Virus record (IMG/VR): IMGVR_UViG_3300032313_000319
Span: 1 to 59,564 of that record
Reading direction: 5' to 3' (one strand)
Length of the DNA stretch: 59,564 nucleotides
Source of the DNA: a virus
Taxonomy: Duplodnaviria; Caudoviricetes
A program made the translations under genes and the position numbers. A model generated the notes under the pieces. The model saw only the letters and a program-made list of their open reading frames with translations, searched no databases and had not been told where the DNA came from. The stretch's first letter is position 1, and each line of letters opens with the position of its first letter. Positions 39,240 through 48,544 of this stretch are shown here, piece after piece.

Positions 39240-39746
39240 ATGAAAACAACTGCAATTATTGGAACTATAAGTCTTGTGGCTAGTCTAACTACCGCAAATG
39301 TATCCCAGATCGATGAGGATCATTTCTCAGCGACTCAGACCCTTCTTGTTCCAAATTATACCATTAGCTTTGAACGTGGCTCCTATGAGCTTGTGGAAGC
39401 TAATTACGACAGGAAGACCCAGCTGTCTGAGAAAGAGCTTGACTCAATCCTTAGACAAGCTGGTTTTTCTGGTAACGGACTAAAGATGGCAAAAGCCATT
39501 GCATTTCATGAATCTACTAACAGACCAATGGCACTTAATAAGTCTAGTAATTGCTATGGACTATTTCAAATTAATATGACTGGCTCTATGGGTCCTGATC
39601 GTAGAAAAAAGTATGGGCTAAAGTCTAATGAGGATTTGTACAATCCATTGATTAGTGCTCAGATTGCATACCAGATGTCTAATGGTGGTAAAGACTGGAA
39701 TGCCTGGTCTACAGAAAATGCAGCAAAAAATAAGGTATTTAATTAA
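39240..39746 (+). CDS. Secreted lysozyme-like/SLT transglycosylase
   Basis: Signal peptide; AIAFHES...YGLFQIN...A..MS.GG.DW.AW. Confidence 0.8.
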   Translation: MKTTAIIGTISLVASLTTANVSQIDEDHFSATQTLLVPNYTISFERGSYELVEANYDRKTQLSEKELDSILRQAGFSGNGLKMAKAIAFHESTNRPMALNKSSNCYGLFQINMTGSMGPDRRKKYGLKSNEDLYNPLISAQIAYQMSNGGKDWNAWSTENAAKNKVFN

Positions 39747-39761
39747 TCTGTAACTAGAATC

Positions 39762-40334
39762 CTAAATATTATTTTTCCAGTGCTCTTCTGATATTTCTTT
39801 TCTAATCACAGATAGGTATGATGGGCCCTTTGTAAAAAACCAGTGATCGGGCTCTGCAAAATGAAAAAATATCATGGCTACGTGCTGTTGACCTGGGTTT
39901 GGAAAATCTTCTCTCCAATGTTCTTGATCATTTCCATAATATGCAAGAGCTTGGTTCGGACTAAGAGTATAAGCCTTTCCATCTACATACAAGTCCCAAG
40001 GTTCTGTCTGATATAGGCACATGTCTAGAGTATATGTACAGGCATTGTCATCTTTATGTCTATAGAGGCTTGGTGCTGGATCGCTACCTTCATAATGGGA
40101 AAAAAGTGTGTATGTGGGTAATAGAGTTTCGCTCTGAAAAACCTTTCTTGCTACTGGAACTAAATATTCTGCGAAAGTACCTAGCTCTGGTATAGAGTTA
40201 TTAGCAACAACATACCTAGATAATCCTTGCTGAAACTCAAATCTTTTTGGATTTCCAAATAACCCCATAAGTTTAGAGTAGTCATCTTTGCTTAGCAGGC
40301 TATCAATAACGATAGGGTCTTTTACCTTGCCCAA
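39762..40334 (-). CDS. 2OG-Fe(II) oxygenase-like protein
   Basis: LYRHKDDNAC...EHWRE...FFHF. Confidence 0.7.
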   Translation of the reverse strand: MGKVKDPIVIDSLLSKDDYSKLMGLFGNPKRFEFQQGLSRYVVANNSIPELGTFAEYLVPVARKVFQSETLLPTYTLFSHYEGSDPAPSLYRHKDDNACTYTLDMCLYQTEPWDLYVDGKAYTLSPNQALAYYGNDQEHWREDFPNPGQQHVAMIFFHFAEPDHWFFTKGPSYLSVIRKEISEEHWKNNI

Positions 40335-40918
40335 CTTACCACCGCATACCTTGTTCCATCTGTAACCTCATTTACAGAATGATTATACACATATGTAGAT
40401 GGGAAAACTATCATCTCGTTAGCTTGTGGTTTATAAGATACATTAAATCTAGGAAAGTTGATTTCCCCACCTTCGTAGTCGTCGTTCATGTAATACACAA
40501 AAGAAACCCTTCTGTGATAGTCTGGATGGTCATCAATATGGTTTGTAAACTTTTGACCCACGCCATACTTAAGGATGCCGTAGGAATCATGCCAAGTTGT
40601 AAATATTCCAAACTCATTTTTATAGTCAGATTCTACTAAAGAAAAGTTATCATAAAATAATTTTGAAAGAGATGTATTGAATGCAGCATAAACACTTGAT
40701 AAATCAATCTCTGGATTTTCCATATAAGAAACACCAATTGTCATTGTATCCCTTGTAGACTTGTTTAACTCACTTTCTCCAGTAGATTTTACATATGCAG
40801 GTGACCATGATATAGCACCTGTATTCACGGAGGCTTCGATGTCATCAATTAAGTTTTGATACCCAGAAATAACATCTGAGTATACAATAATTCCAGGTGC
40901 TAGTTCTTTTTTGCTCAT
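40322..40918 (-). CDS. 2OG-Fe(II) oxygenase
   Basis: HID...YMNDDYEGGEI.F...FPSTYVYNHSV...GTRY. Confidence 0.9.
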   Translation of the reverse strand: MSKKELAPGIIVYSDVISGYQNLIDDIEASVNTGAISWSPAYVKSTGESELNKSTRDTMTIGVSYMENPEIDLSSVYAAFNTSLSKLFYDNFSLVESDYKNEFGIFTTWHDSYGILKYGVGQKFTNHIDDHPDYHRRVSFVYYMNDDYEGGEINFPRFNVSYKPQANEMIVFPSTYVYNHSVNEVTDGTRYAVVSWAR

Positions 40919-41154
40919 TACCATTTTCCTAAAGGACAAGTTGCATTAGCTAACTTAGTTTTTGCTGCCATAAAACACCCACACTTTTTACATTGCTTTG
41001 TTAAAGATAAAAGCTCTGGGCATTTTTGACAGATAGAGTATCTTTCTTCCGATACACTGATATCAGCCCATTCTGAATTTGGATTAACAAGGTCCCACGG
41101 CCTTGTTTCGCCTAGATTTGACTTCCATTTTTGCCAAGGAGAAATTTCAGACAC
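40918..41154 (-). CDS. Small Cys-rich protein (CxxC...CxxCGC...CPxGKW)
   Basis: Six-Cys pattern; paralog at 47902-48099. Confidence 0.75.
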   Translation of the reverse strand: MSEISPWQKWKSNLGETRPWDLVNPNSEWADISVSEERYSICQKCPELLSLTKQCKKCGCFMAAKTKLANATCPLGKW

Positions 41155-41162
41155 AACTACCC

Positions 41163-41363
41163 TTAATTTGAAGAGAACTGGCCGTCAGCGTATGTCCAAC
41201 CAAACTGAACGCCAGGAGTATTTGTTGACTCAACAACTACTGGATTAGAAGATAATCCAGCCCAAAGTCTTTCATGATTTGCAGAAGTATTTGGGATGTG
41301 AATTGTTCCAACTACATCACCATCTACAATAAATGCAAATGTTTTAATTTCAATTTCGCTCAT
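41163..41363 (-). CDS. Small hypothetical protein (fibre-chaperone-like)
   Basis: FAFIVDGDVV...GWTYADGQF. Confidence 0.6.
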   Translation of the reverse strand: MSEIEIKTFAFIVDGDVVGTIHIPNTSANHERLWAGLSSNPVVVESTNTPGVQFGWTYADGQFSSN

Positions 41364-41401
41364 TACACTCCTTAAATAAAATCATACTATAGCTATCTAT
41401 T

Positions 41402-42154
41402 TTAGCATATCCACATACCATCTATACACTCACATTCTAAGAATGGCCTATTTCCAATACATCCAGATGGTGTAGGTGTAGGAGTTGGAGTCGGAGTTGG
41501 TGTAGGAGTTGGTGTAGGCGTAGGAGTCGGTGTTGGTGTGGGCGTTGGTGTTGGAGTAGGTGACCCAGTATATTCTCCATAATTTACAGTTATACTTCCA
41601 GTTGCATTTGAATATCCAGACTTGCTAACCGTTACTTCAATTGTTACATCTGTATTTGGGGTTCCTTCCCTATAGTACTCTGGATAAGTGCTTTCAAAGC
41701 TGGTCCATTGTGGTGAAAATGTGACTCCTCCAAGGGCATCATAGGTATTATAATTAGTCAAATATACATTAACATACCTTTTTCCTCCAGCGGCATTTCC
41801 TGTTGATTCAAGCTGGAATGTTGGCGTTGGTAGGCTAGGTGCAGGAGTAGGAGTAGGGGTTGGTGTTGGTGTAGGGGTTGGTGTAGGTGTTGGTGTAGGG
41901 GTAGGGGTAACCACATAATTATACAAACTAAAAGCAACAGTTGTTTCATAGTCAACAAGCGTATTTGCTGATGGATTCTGAGAAGCAACAAGATTATCTA
42001 AAGACTGATTTGATGTATTAACATCAGGACCTAGTGAATATTCCAATCCAGAAGATTGTAGTAAAGATATAGCAGCAGATGACGATAGCCCAGAGATATC
42101 TGGAACCAGGACCATTCCTTTTGAAGATGCATAGTAGCCAAATGCATTTACCAT
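41402..42154 (-). CDS. PASTA-like domain protein with (PT)n linkers and Cys-rich tip
   Basis: VPDISGLS...A...L...GL...VASQNPSANTLV; two (PT)n tracts; C-terminal CIGNRPFLECECIDGMWIC. Confidence 0.75.
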   Translation of the reverse strand: MVNAFGYYASSKGMVLVPDISGLSSSAAISLLQSSGLEYSLGPDVNTSNQSLDNLVASQNPSANTLVDYETTVAFSLYNYVVTPTPTPTPTPTPTPTPTPTPTPAPSLPTPTFQLESTGNAAGGKRYVNVYLTNYNTYDALGGVTFSPQWTSFESTYPEYYREGTPNTDVTIEVTVSKSGYSNATGSITVNYGEYTGSPTPTPTPTPTPTPTPTPTPTPTPTPTPTPTPSGCIGNRPFLECECIDGMWIC

Positions 42155-42163
42155 TGCATCACC

Positions 42164-42799
42164 CTATGCCTTCAAATCACCAATCAAATGCCACTCATCA
42201 GTGCCAATCTTTGTTAGCATTGCCCCAGAATATTGTGTAGAAATTTTTGCGTTATTGTTTTTACTTCTAATTACCACACCAGATCCAGAGACAGGAACAA
42301 TGCTTACTTCTCCAGAGCCATATCGGATTACCTCAAGTCTGGCACCCACTGGAATACTTGCTACAGAGTTAGCTGGAATAAGCAATTCTAGGTTTGAAGA
42401 GCTATTCATTCTAATCATTTTATTTACATCAGAGGCTGCGACTGTATAGGATAAAGTTTTTTCGTTGATAACAACATTGTCATAGTTTACCCAACTGCTT
42501 CCAGAATAATACTGTATTTGGTTAATGGTGTTTCCACTATTATCTTGTCTAACAAATACAACGGTTCCATTTGCAACTGGTGCAGTCATTGCTGCATCAC
42601 GAGCAGTTGGGTTTTGAAAATTATTAACCCCACCTCTTGCAACAATAGACTCTTCAAAAGATACTGTTTCAGCAAAGTTATGAATTCCAGTCCAGGAATA
42701 GTTTGCAGAAGTGCTAGCAAGACCAGCAGTTGGATACCAGGTATCCGTAGCTTCGTCATAAATGTAGGCTACTTTTGAGTTAGATGAAATAGTTGTCAT
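42164..42799 (-). CDS. Fibre-associated protein with C-terminal W.LIGDLKA domain
   Basis: C-terminal ~95 aa paralogous to the C-terminus of 32066-33934. Confidence 0.65.
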   Translation of the reverse strand: MTTISSNSKVAYIYDEATDTWYPTAGLASTSANYSWTGIHNFAETVSFEESIVARGGVNNFQNPTARDAAMTAPVANGTVVFVRQDNSGNTINQIQYYSGSSWVNYDNVVINEKTLSYTVAASDVNKMIRMNSSSNLELLIPANSVASIPVGARLEVIRYGSGEVSIVPVSGSGVVIRSKNNNAKISTQYSGAMLTKIGTDEWHLIGDLKA

Positions 42800-43521
42800 G
42801 CCTGATAGCTCCAAATCTGATAGTCTCCGCCATCAAAATTTCCTGATCCAGAAAGTGTTAGCTGGACTGAAGTAATTTCATTTGTGTTCTTATAATATCC
42901 AAAATATGGACCTTCGCTAGTATCTGCAATAGTTGATACTGGCTTTAAAAAAGCTGCTGTATTTGACAGATCCACCTCAATAGTTAAGTCTTGGGTTGCA
43001 GTATTAGCAAATGTTGGAGATGATAGTCCAGAAGCAGATATTAGACCACCAGTGTTTACGTAGTTAGGTCCTGAGTCAGAATTAAATCTAATTACTAGAC
43101 CAAGCTCGCTGCCCGTGTTCGAGTGGGTCCAGTCTTTTAAGACAACGTAGAACTTTTCTCCAGAAATTCCAGTAACTGAAAGAGAAGAGCCAGAAAGAGT
43201 TCCAGAGTCAAGAAGTTGCCAAGTAGGGTTTTCAATTATTGGTACAACGCTGTCTGCATCTACCCAAATAAAACCATTTTCTGGTGAGGTTGGCTCTGTA
43301 GCCGAATAGTCTGATCCAATACCAGTTAACTCTACAGCATCTAGTCTGGTGTCTAAAGCTTTAATATGTCCTGCAACAGAGTTTGCAATTAAGGCAGCTT
43401 CGTTTGCTGGAGGTGTTGAACTTCCATAGTGATATAGCTTCAGAGCTGCTTGTATGTCAGCAGCATCATCGTACCCTGGAATTTGTGTCGGGTATACGGA
43501 GCCAATACTTTCAGAAGCCAT
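42796..43521 (-). CDS. Virion fibre-like protein
   Basis: 241 aa, Ser/Gly/Thr-rich; EPTSPENGFIWVD motif. Confidence 0.55.
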   Translation of the reverse strand: MASESIGSVYPTQIPGYDDAADIQAALKLYHYGSSTPPANEAALIANSVAGHIKALDTRLDAVELTGIGSDYSATEPTSPENGFIWVDADSVVPIIENPTWQLLDSGTLSGSSLSVTGISGEKFYVVLKDWTHSNTGSELGLVIRFNSDSGPNYVNTGGLISASGLSSPTFANTATQDLTIEVDLSNTAAFLKPVSTIADTSEGPYFGYYKNTNEITSVQLTLSGSGNFDGGDYQIWSYQA

Positions 43522-43540
43522 TTTTTATCACCACTTCAAA

Positions 43541-44119
43541 TTATACCACAGTAATAAGCAAATGAACTGTTTTTTGACCTTCTACGGATGCCCACTCTGA
43601 TTCTGAATACTCAATAGCGTTTAACGATATTGGTAAAGAAACTAGGTTATTTACAATTTCAATTTCAGAAACTGATACTGCCACGGAGACTGGTGATGTT
43701 CCAAGAATATTTACCTGAACATTAAAATTTTCAGCGGTATAGTTTCCAATAAGATCAGCTGGAACTATAGCCGTGAGTGGGATATTAATGTCTGCTTCTC
43801 CAGCAACAAACGTTCTTGTAAGATTTTCAGAGTATATGTTCGGGGTTAGCTTAAAAAGCTTAGTCCACACAGCAGTTCCATTACTTGGTCCAGCTATAAA
43901 CTGATACATAAACTGGTATTCATCATCAGAAGTTAACAAATTAATATACGAATCGTAAACCTGTGGTGTTTCTGGCAATACTACATCGTCTGGCTTGCCC
44001 AGGCCATATAGGATAAGACTTCCACGGTCACCCTGAGGACCAAAGTCAATATCTAGACTAATTGATGCTGGACCACCCAGAACAGTTAGATCATCTGAAG
44101 ACAGGATTACTTCAGCCAT
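43541..44119 (-). CDS. Virion protein with short GPQGDRG motif
   Basis: 192 aa ORF, coupled. Confidence 0.55.
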   Translation of the reverse strand: MAEVILSSDDLTVLGGPASISLDIDFGPQGDRGSLILYGLGKPDDVVLPETPQVYDSYINLLTSDDEYQFMYQFIAGPSNGTAVWTKLFKLTPNIYSENLTRTFVAGEADINIPLTAIVPADLIGNYTAENFNVQVNILGTSPVSVAVSVSEIEIVNNLVSLPISLNAIEYSESEWASVEGQKTVHLLITVV

Positions 44120-44478
44120 TAGTCACCAGACATCCTAGTTACATCTGCAGTTACTGAAATCTGACCACTTAAAAGTGTATAGATTTTATCAGGACCGCCA
44201 GACACTGACTTTTTAATCTGCACATCATACTGATAGGTTGTGCCAGGCACTAGCTGTTTACCAATACCGCCAGGAATTTGACAAATAACGGAGTCATTCT
44301 CTATTCTTGCAAGACACTCATACTGGGTAGCCCCAGCTGGTCGTGTTGTTGCAATAAAAAACTTTACAGAGTATCCGCTTAAGCTAAAAGGAGCCCCAGT
44401 AGAGTCCTTTGGATAGATGTTAAACTCATACAGGTCACCCTGATAGTAGTTAATATTATAAGTTCCTGGAAATGCCAT
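44119..44478 (-). CDS. BppU-N-like small virion protein
   Basis: YQGDLYEFNIYPKD..GAP..L; YQYDVQI; leaderless start. Confidence 0.55.
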   Translation of the reverse strand: MAFPGTYNINYYQGDLYEFNIYPKDSTGAPFSLSGYSVKFFIATTRPAGATQYECLARIENDSVICQIPGGIGKQLVPGTTYQYDVQIKKSVSGGPDKIYTLLSGQISVTADVTRMSGD

Positions 44479-44496
44479 AATTATTATTATAGCATG

Positions 44497-45222
44497 CTAA
44501 GATACAGAAACTGACACAGATAACAACTTTGCTATTGCATCCATATCAGATCTTAGCTGTGGAACTGCTCCATTAAGTCTATATGTTTCTTTTTCAATAA
44601 ATATCTTGTGTGTTACAGATATTTCATATGAGTACTGATACTTCAAGAGACCGACCAAAGAAGTAACGCTGTCCTCTGCTCCTGGCAAATATGTCCTACA
44701 CCAGAGCTCTGTGTTGTTTGATAAAGTTTCTACTTCAAATATATATGTTATTTCTACCTGAGAGCCAACTTCTAAATTCTTGAAATTAAGCCTTTTTGTA
44801 TTTTCATTATAAAGACTAACTGAGTTTCGTGGCAAATATTTTTCTATAGAATTTACATTAATAATCGAAAGCGAAACCCACCCATCTGCTCCACGTGTGG
44901 CCCCTAGAGGAACCCCTTCTGGGTACATAGAATAGTATTTAGCCCAACCAGCATCTTGATTATAAACTGGTAAATAAGTTTTTCCATCTTGACCATTTTT
45001 GCCATTTTTTCCTGGATCTCCAGCAGGACCAGGATCTCCCTTCTCTCCACGGTCACCCTTTTCACCACGTGGACCTTGTGATCCAGGATCTCCTATTGGA
45101 CCTTGTGGACCTGGAACTGGTATGTATGAGACTGTAGGGTCTGATGTTTGAGATTGTTGTGCCACTTGAGCATATCCAGCCTTTTTGCTAGATGGAAAAT
45201 CCATGCTTTTGCTGACTGACAC
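44497..45222 (-). CDS. Collagen-like (Gly-X-Y) protein
   Basis: About 14 GXY triplets [10 protein letters not shown]...GQDG. Confidence 0.8.
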   Translation of the reverse strand: MSVSKSMDFPSSKKAGYAQVAQQSQTSDPTVSYIPVPGPQGPIGDPGSQGPRGEKGDRGEKGDPGPAGDPGKNGKNGQDGKTYLPVYNQDAGWAKYYSMYPEGVPLGATRGADGWVSLSIINVNSIEKYLPRNSVSLYNENTKRLNFKNLEVGSQVEITYIFEVETLSNNTELWCRTYLPGAEDSVTSLVGLLKYQYSYEISVTHKIFIEKETYRLNGAVPQLRSDMDAIAKLLSVSVSVS

Positions 45223-45229
45223 TGTTCTC

Positions 45230-45316
45230 CTACTTAGAAGTCTTAAAAACTTTTCCCTTAATTTTTACTATTGGTGCTAAATTAGGGGTATTGTTAGAAA
45301 TTTTAATAACTGGCAT
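45230..45316 (-). CDS. 28-aa basic microprotein MPVIKISNNTPNLAPIVKIKGKVFKTSK
   Basis: Overlaps the upstream stop (TAATG), GGAGG SD; fills the gap. Confidence 0.55.
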   Translation of the reverse strand: MPVIKISNNTPNLAPIVKIKGKVFKTSK

Positions 45317-45693
45317 TAAAGACTTCCTCCAGTAACATCTCCAAGAACTGTAATTGTACCAATAACTGGTGTCCAGATTGTATCGTCAATTGTTACCTGA
45401 AGATCAAAAGCTAGCTCTGCAACTGTGGAAGAGTATCCAGTACCCCAAAAACCTGTGATTTCTGATGAAGCAGTAATATCTACATAGCCATTTCCAGCAT
45501 CAGTTTCTAGCTCGTCAAGAACATCTCCACGGAAGTCGTAGGTAGTAGAAGCAAACTCCCAATCAGAGATGTCAAAGGGAGTTACTTCGTCATTTTCAAA
45601 GAATTCAATACGCAAGGATGAGGTATCACCTCTAACAACCTGCCATTTAATGTTTGCAGGATTAGCACCAAATATTTCAGGAGAACAAGACAT
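45316..45693 (-). CDS. BppU-N-like small virion protein
   Basis: WQVVRGDTSSLRIEF; FDLQV; leaderless start MSCSP. Confidence 0.55.
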   Translation of the reverse strand: MSCSPEIFGANPANIKWQVVRGDTSSLRIEFFENDEVTPFDISDWEFASTTYDFRGDVLDELETDAGNGYVDITASSEITGFWGTGYSSTVAELAFDLQVTIDDTIWTPVIGTITVLGDVTGGSL

Positions 45694-45719
45694 AGATATA
45701 TTATACAACCATAATAAAT

Positions 45720-45773
45720 AAAAAAGCTAGTACCCAGGATGGTGGGTATGAGAGACTACCCTGAGCACTAGCA
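45720..45773 (-). terminator. Probable terminator
   Basis: GCTAGT-CCCAGG...CCTGAG-ACTAGC imperfect stem followed by a T-run on the minus strand. Confidence 0.45.
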
Positions 45774-46003
45774 TATAAAATTATATCAGAAAATAAAACT
45801 CAAGATAACAGAATTGTAACAAGTCAAGTAAATAAAGGGTTGTTATAAGTAGTATATACAATTGTTACAAAAGTGTTATCAAAATAAGACTTGACAACGG
45901 ATCAGAGTTTGGTAGTATATATATTAATTAAATAAATATATCTAGCTAGAAATGTATCTAGTTATCTAGGTATATAGGTGCTTAGATATATTATATATAT
46001 TAT

Positions 46004-46276
46004 TTATTTAGAAGACAAGTGATCGATTAATGCATCAAACATCTTGTCGATTTTCTTTTCAAGCTTATTGTGCTGTACATCCATTTTCTTTTCAAGTTCT
46101 TGCTGCTTTAATTCAAGTCTTGTTACTTGATCTTTCATACTTGATCCGCTATTTGGTTTTAGCTCTGCCTTAATTTCGTCGAAATAATGTCTTGTTAGCC
46201 AACGTACTCCCAATCCTGCTGATGTGATGATAGTAGTAATTCCTACAATAATACCGATCCAGGATTCTATTGACAT
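46004..46276 (-). CDS. Single-TM membrane protein with coiled coil (holin/lysis-associated candidate)
   Basis: N-terminal TM, ELKPNSGSSMKDQVTRLE motif typical of actinophage membrane proteins. Confidence 0.55.
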   Translation of the reverse strand: MSIESWIGIIVGITTIITSAGLGVRWLTRHYFDEIKAELKPNSGSSMKDQVTRLELKQQELEKKMDVQHNKLEKKIDKMFDALIDHLSSK

Positions 46277-46324
46277 AATACTACAATTATAGTTGCTTTT
46301 TTGATTTCTGATACAATATGTAGT

Positions 46325-46990
46325 ATGTCAATCTACCACCTTCATATACCCAGGACCAGCGGAGTATTTATCAGAGAGCAAATGATAAAGAAGACAGATA
46401 TGTCAATGTTTGTTGGACATAGAGAGCCAATTCCACAAAGCATGTCTGAGTATGAATATGTAAGTGGCCACTTTGCAACAAACTTTATTCAAGACTTTGA
46501 TACTAATTTTGCAATATATAGAAATCCAGTTGAACTTACATTTAGCTACATCAACTACATGAGGGACAATCTTTACAATCATCTATCTCTTGATGAGCTA
46601 ATAGAAGAATATGCGAAGACAGACAAGATCAAAAATTTTGTAAACATGAACTCTAAGTTTTTGACTGGAACAATGGATGTTTCTAAATATAACGAAATGA
46701 TAACAGACTTAAAAGAAGTTGCAGAATCTGGGTGGTATGTTGAAACAAAATGCAATACATTAGATATGTTTGTAGATATTATACAAAAAAATAATACATA
46801 TCTTGTAGATTATTCTGATAACAAAAAATATGAAAAGATATCTGAGCTTTACAAAGTTAACTACAACGATATTAAGATTAATAAGTCATCTGAAATTGAG
46901 GATGCCACAACTTCTAAATACTTCGAATTAATAACAGAATTAAACTCATTTGACTTGGAGGTGTATGAGTACCTTAAGGAACAAGCGTGA
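46325..46990 (+). CDS. Sulfotransferase-family protein
   Basis: HLHIPRTSG (5'-PSB-like), SGHF, YRNPVE..FS (3'-PB-like), N.FDLEVY. Confidence 0.7.
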   Translation: MSIYHLHIPRTSGVFIREQMIKKTDMSMFVGHREPIPQSMSEYEYVSGHFATNFIQDFDTNFAIYRNPVELTFSYINYMRDNLYNHLSLDELIEEYAKTDKIKNFVNMNSKFLTGTMDVSKYNEMITDLKEVAESGWYVETKCNTLDMFVDIIQKNNTYLVDYSDNKKYEKISELYKVNYNDIKINKSSEIEDATTSKYFELITELNSFDLEVYEYLKEQA

Positions 46991-47564
46991 GCCATGGAAC
47001 TTTGAAGATTTTGGCGAGGTAGAGGTATCAAGCATTCAAGATGAAGTCATTTCGTATTATAACGAATGGCTAGTTGATACTACTAGGCAAGACACATTCC
47101 AGACACATAAAGATACCTTCGCAATTCAGCTAACAGCCTTAGACTATGCTCATGGAATTGGCATGCCAGGAGATTGCATTACGACTAAAAAGCTTAATAA
47201 CGAATCTGCAAAGATTGAGCTTGATCAACTCATAAATAAAGTTGAGCAACTTGCTGCAGGAAAATTAATTCGTGCAGAGTTTATTAGCCTAAAGCCAAAA
47301 AGTCGAATCCGTCCACATAAGGATAGATCGGATCTGCTGTATTTGTCTAGAAGATTCCATGTTCCAATCAAGACAAATCCATATGTTACATTTTCTGCAG
47401 GAGCAGATGTTAGGCACCTATACGCTGGAAGACTGTATGAACTAAATAATATAAACTACCATGGTGTAAAGAATGATGGTAACGAAAATAGAATCCATCT
47501 GATTCTTGATGTGCTACCAGAACAATATCTCGAAGGGATAAGGTTTATCGATGAGACTGAATGA
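46965..47564 (+). CDS. Aspartyl/asparaginyl beta-hydroxylase-like 2OG oxygenase
   Basis: L.P.S.I.PHKD...RFHVPI.TN...YELNN...HGV.N.G...RIHLILD. Confidence 0.8.
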   Translation: MSTLRNKREPWNFEDFGEVEVSSIQDEVISYYNEWLVDTTRQDTFQTHKDTFAIQLTALDYAHGIGMPGDCITTKKLNNESAKIELDQLINKVEQLAAGKLIRAEFISLKPKSRIRPHKDRSDLLYLSRRFHVPIKTNPYVTFSAGADVRHLYAGRLYELNNINYHGVKNDGNENRIHLILDVLPEQYLEGIRFIDETE

Positions 47565-47790
47565 TGGTAAGTACATCTGCCCATTCTGTGTAAGCAGCTG
47601 GGACTGCGATGGGCCACACATTGAAGAAAAGGATCTAAATAGCTTTTACGAGCGACTAGGCTATATTAGAGAAGATCTTACGTTACTGGCACTTGAAGAA
47701 ATAGACAAGTATGAAGCTTCGGCAAAAATAGATCTTTCGCTTTTAAAACGAGCGGTATTTGAGTCGCTCATAAAGCGTTCGCTAAATTAA
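47551..47790 (+). CDS. Hypothetical protein (CPFC...C..PH)
   Basis: 79 aa, coupled. Confidence 0.55.
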   Translation: MRLNDGKYICPFCVSSWDCDGPHIEEKDLNSFYERLGYIREDLTLLALEEIDKYEASAKIDLSLLKRAVFESLIKRSLN

Positions 47791-47901
47791 TTCGGCGGTA
47801 TATAGAGATACCCTGCACCCTCCCCACGTCCCGTGCCCTATGTGCAAGTATCCTAAATATGCCAGGTATTGACAAACCTCACCTTATGATATAATATATC
47901 C

Positions 47902-48099
47902 ATGGGAGACGTAACATTCTTTGATCTATTTGATCCAAACCAACCTAGGTCTGATAAAGAGCTAATCGAATCCCGACTAGCCATATGCAATACATGCGAA
48001 TGGTTTGACAAACGACTTGTCAAATGTCGCAAATGTGGTTGCTTTATGAAACTAAAAAGTACGCTTAAACAAGCGGAGTGTCCGATTGGAAAATGGTAA
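47902..48099 (+). CDS. Small Cys-rich protein, paralog of 40918-41154
   Basis: CNTC...CRKCGCFM...CPIGKW; leaderless after TGATATAAT. Confidence 0.75.
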   Translation: MGDVTFFDLFDPNQPRSDKELIESRLAICNTCEWFDKRLVKCRKCGCFMKLKSTLKQAECPIGKW

Positions 48100-48293
48100 T
48101 GGATAAGTATTTGATTGTAGCTAAGATGGTAGCTATTGCAGAAAAGAATAATCAGGAAGCTATGCAGTCAGCTGGTATGGACCCTACTGCTATTATGGCT
48201 ATGGCTGATCAGGTAAGACCACAGTTGTTCAAGATTCAGGAAGAGATCCTGGATACTTTGACCAATGAGAATATTGTTAGTATTATCGATTAG
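48099..48293 (+). CDS. Hypothetical protein
   Basis: TAATG coupling. Confidence 0.55.
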   Translation: MDKYLIVAKMVAIAEKNNQEAMQSAGMDPTAIMAMADQVRPQLFKIQEEILDTLTNENIVSIID

Positions 48294-48355
48294 TCAGGAT
48301 GACTTTTACGATTCAAGAAGACTTGATTCCCCCGAAAATTAGTTAGGAGACTATT

Positions 48356-48544
48356 ATGGAATTTAAATACCAGGCTAAAGCAGACTTTGCACTAGACTTT
48401 TATAAAGAAAATGGACAGACTGTTACATTTGATACAGAGTTGTTTAATGGAACTTTGATTATTGAAGCACCAGATGAGGATACCGCCAACAAGATCAGAA
48501 TGACTATTACTGATATCCGTATGTGGGAAAAGGTTACAGACTAA
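48356..48544 (+). CDS. Hypothetical protein
   Basis: AGGAG SD, 62 aa. Confidence 0.65.
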   Translation: MEFKYQAKADFALDFYKENGQTVTFDTELFNGTLIIEAPDEDTANKIRMTITDIRMWEKVTD

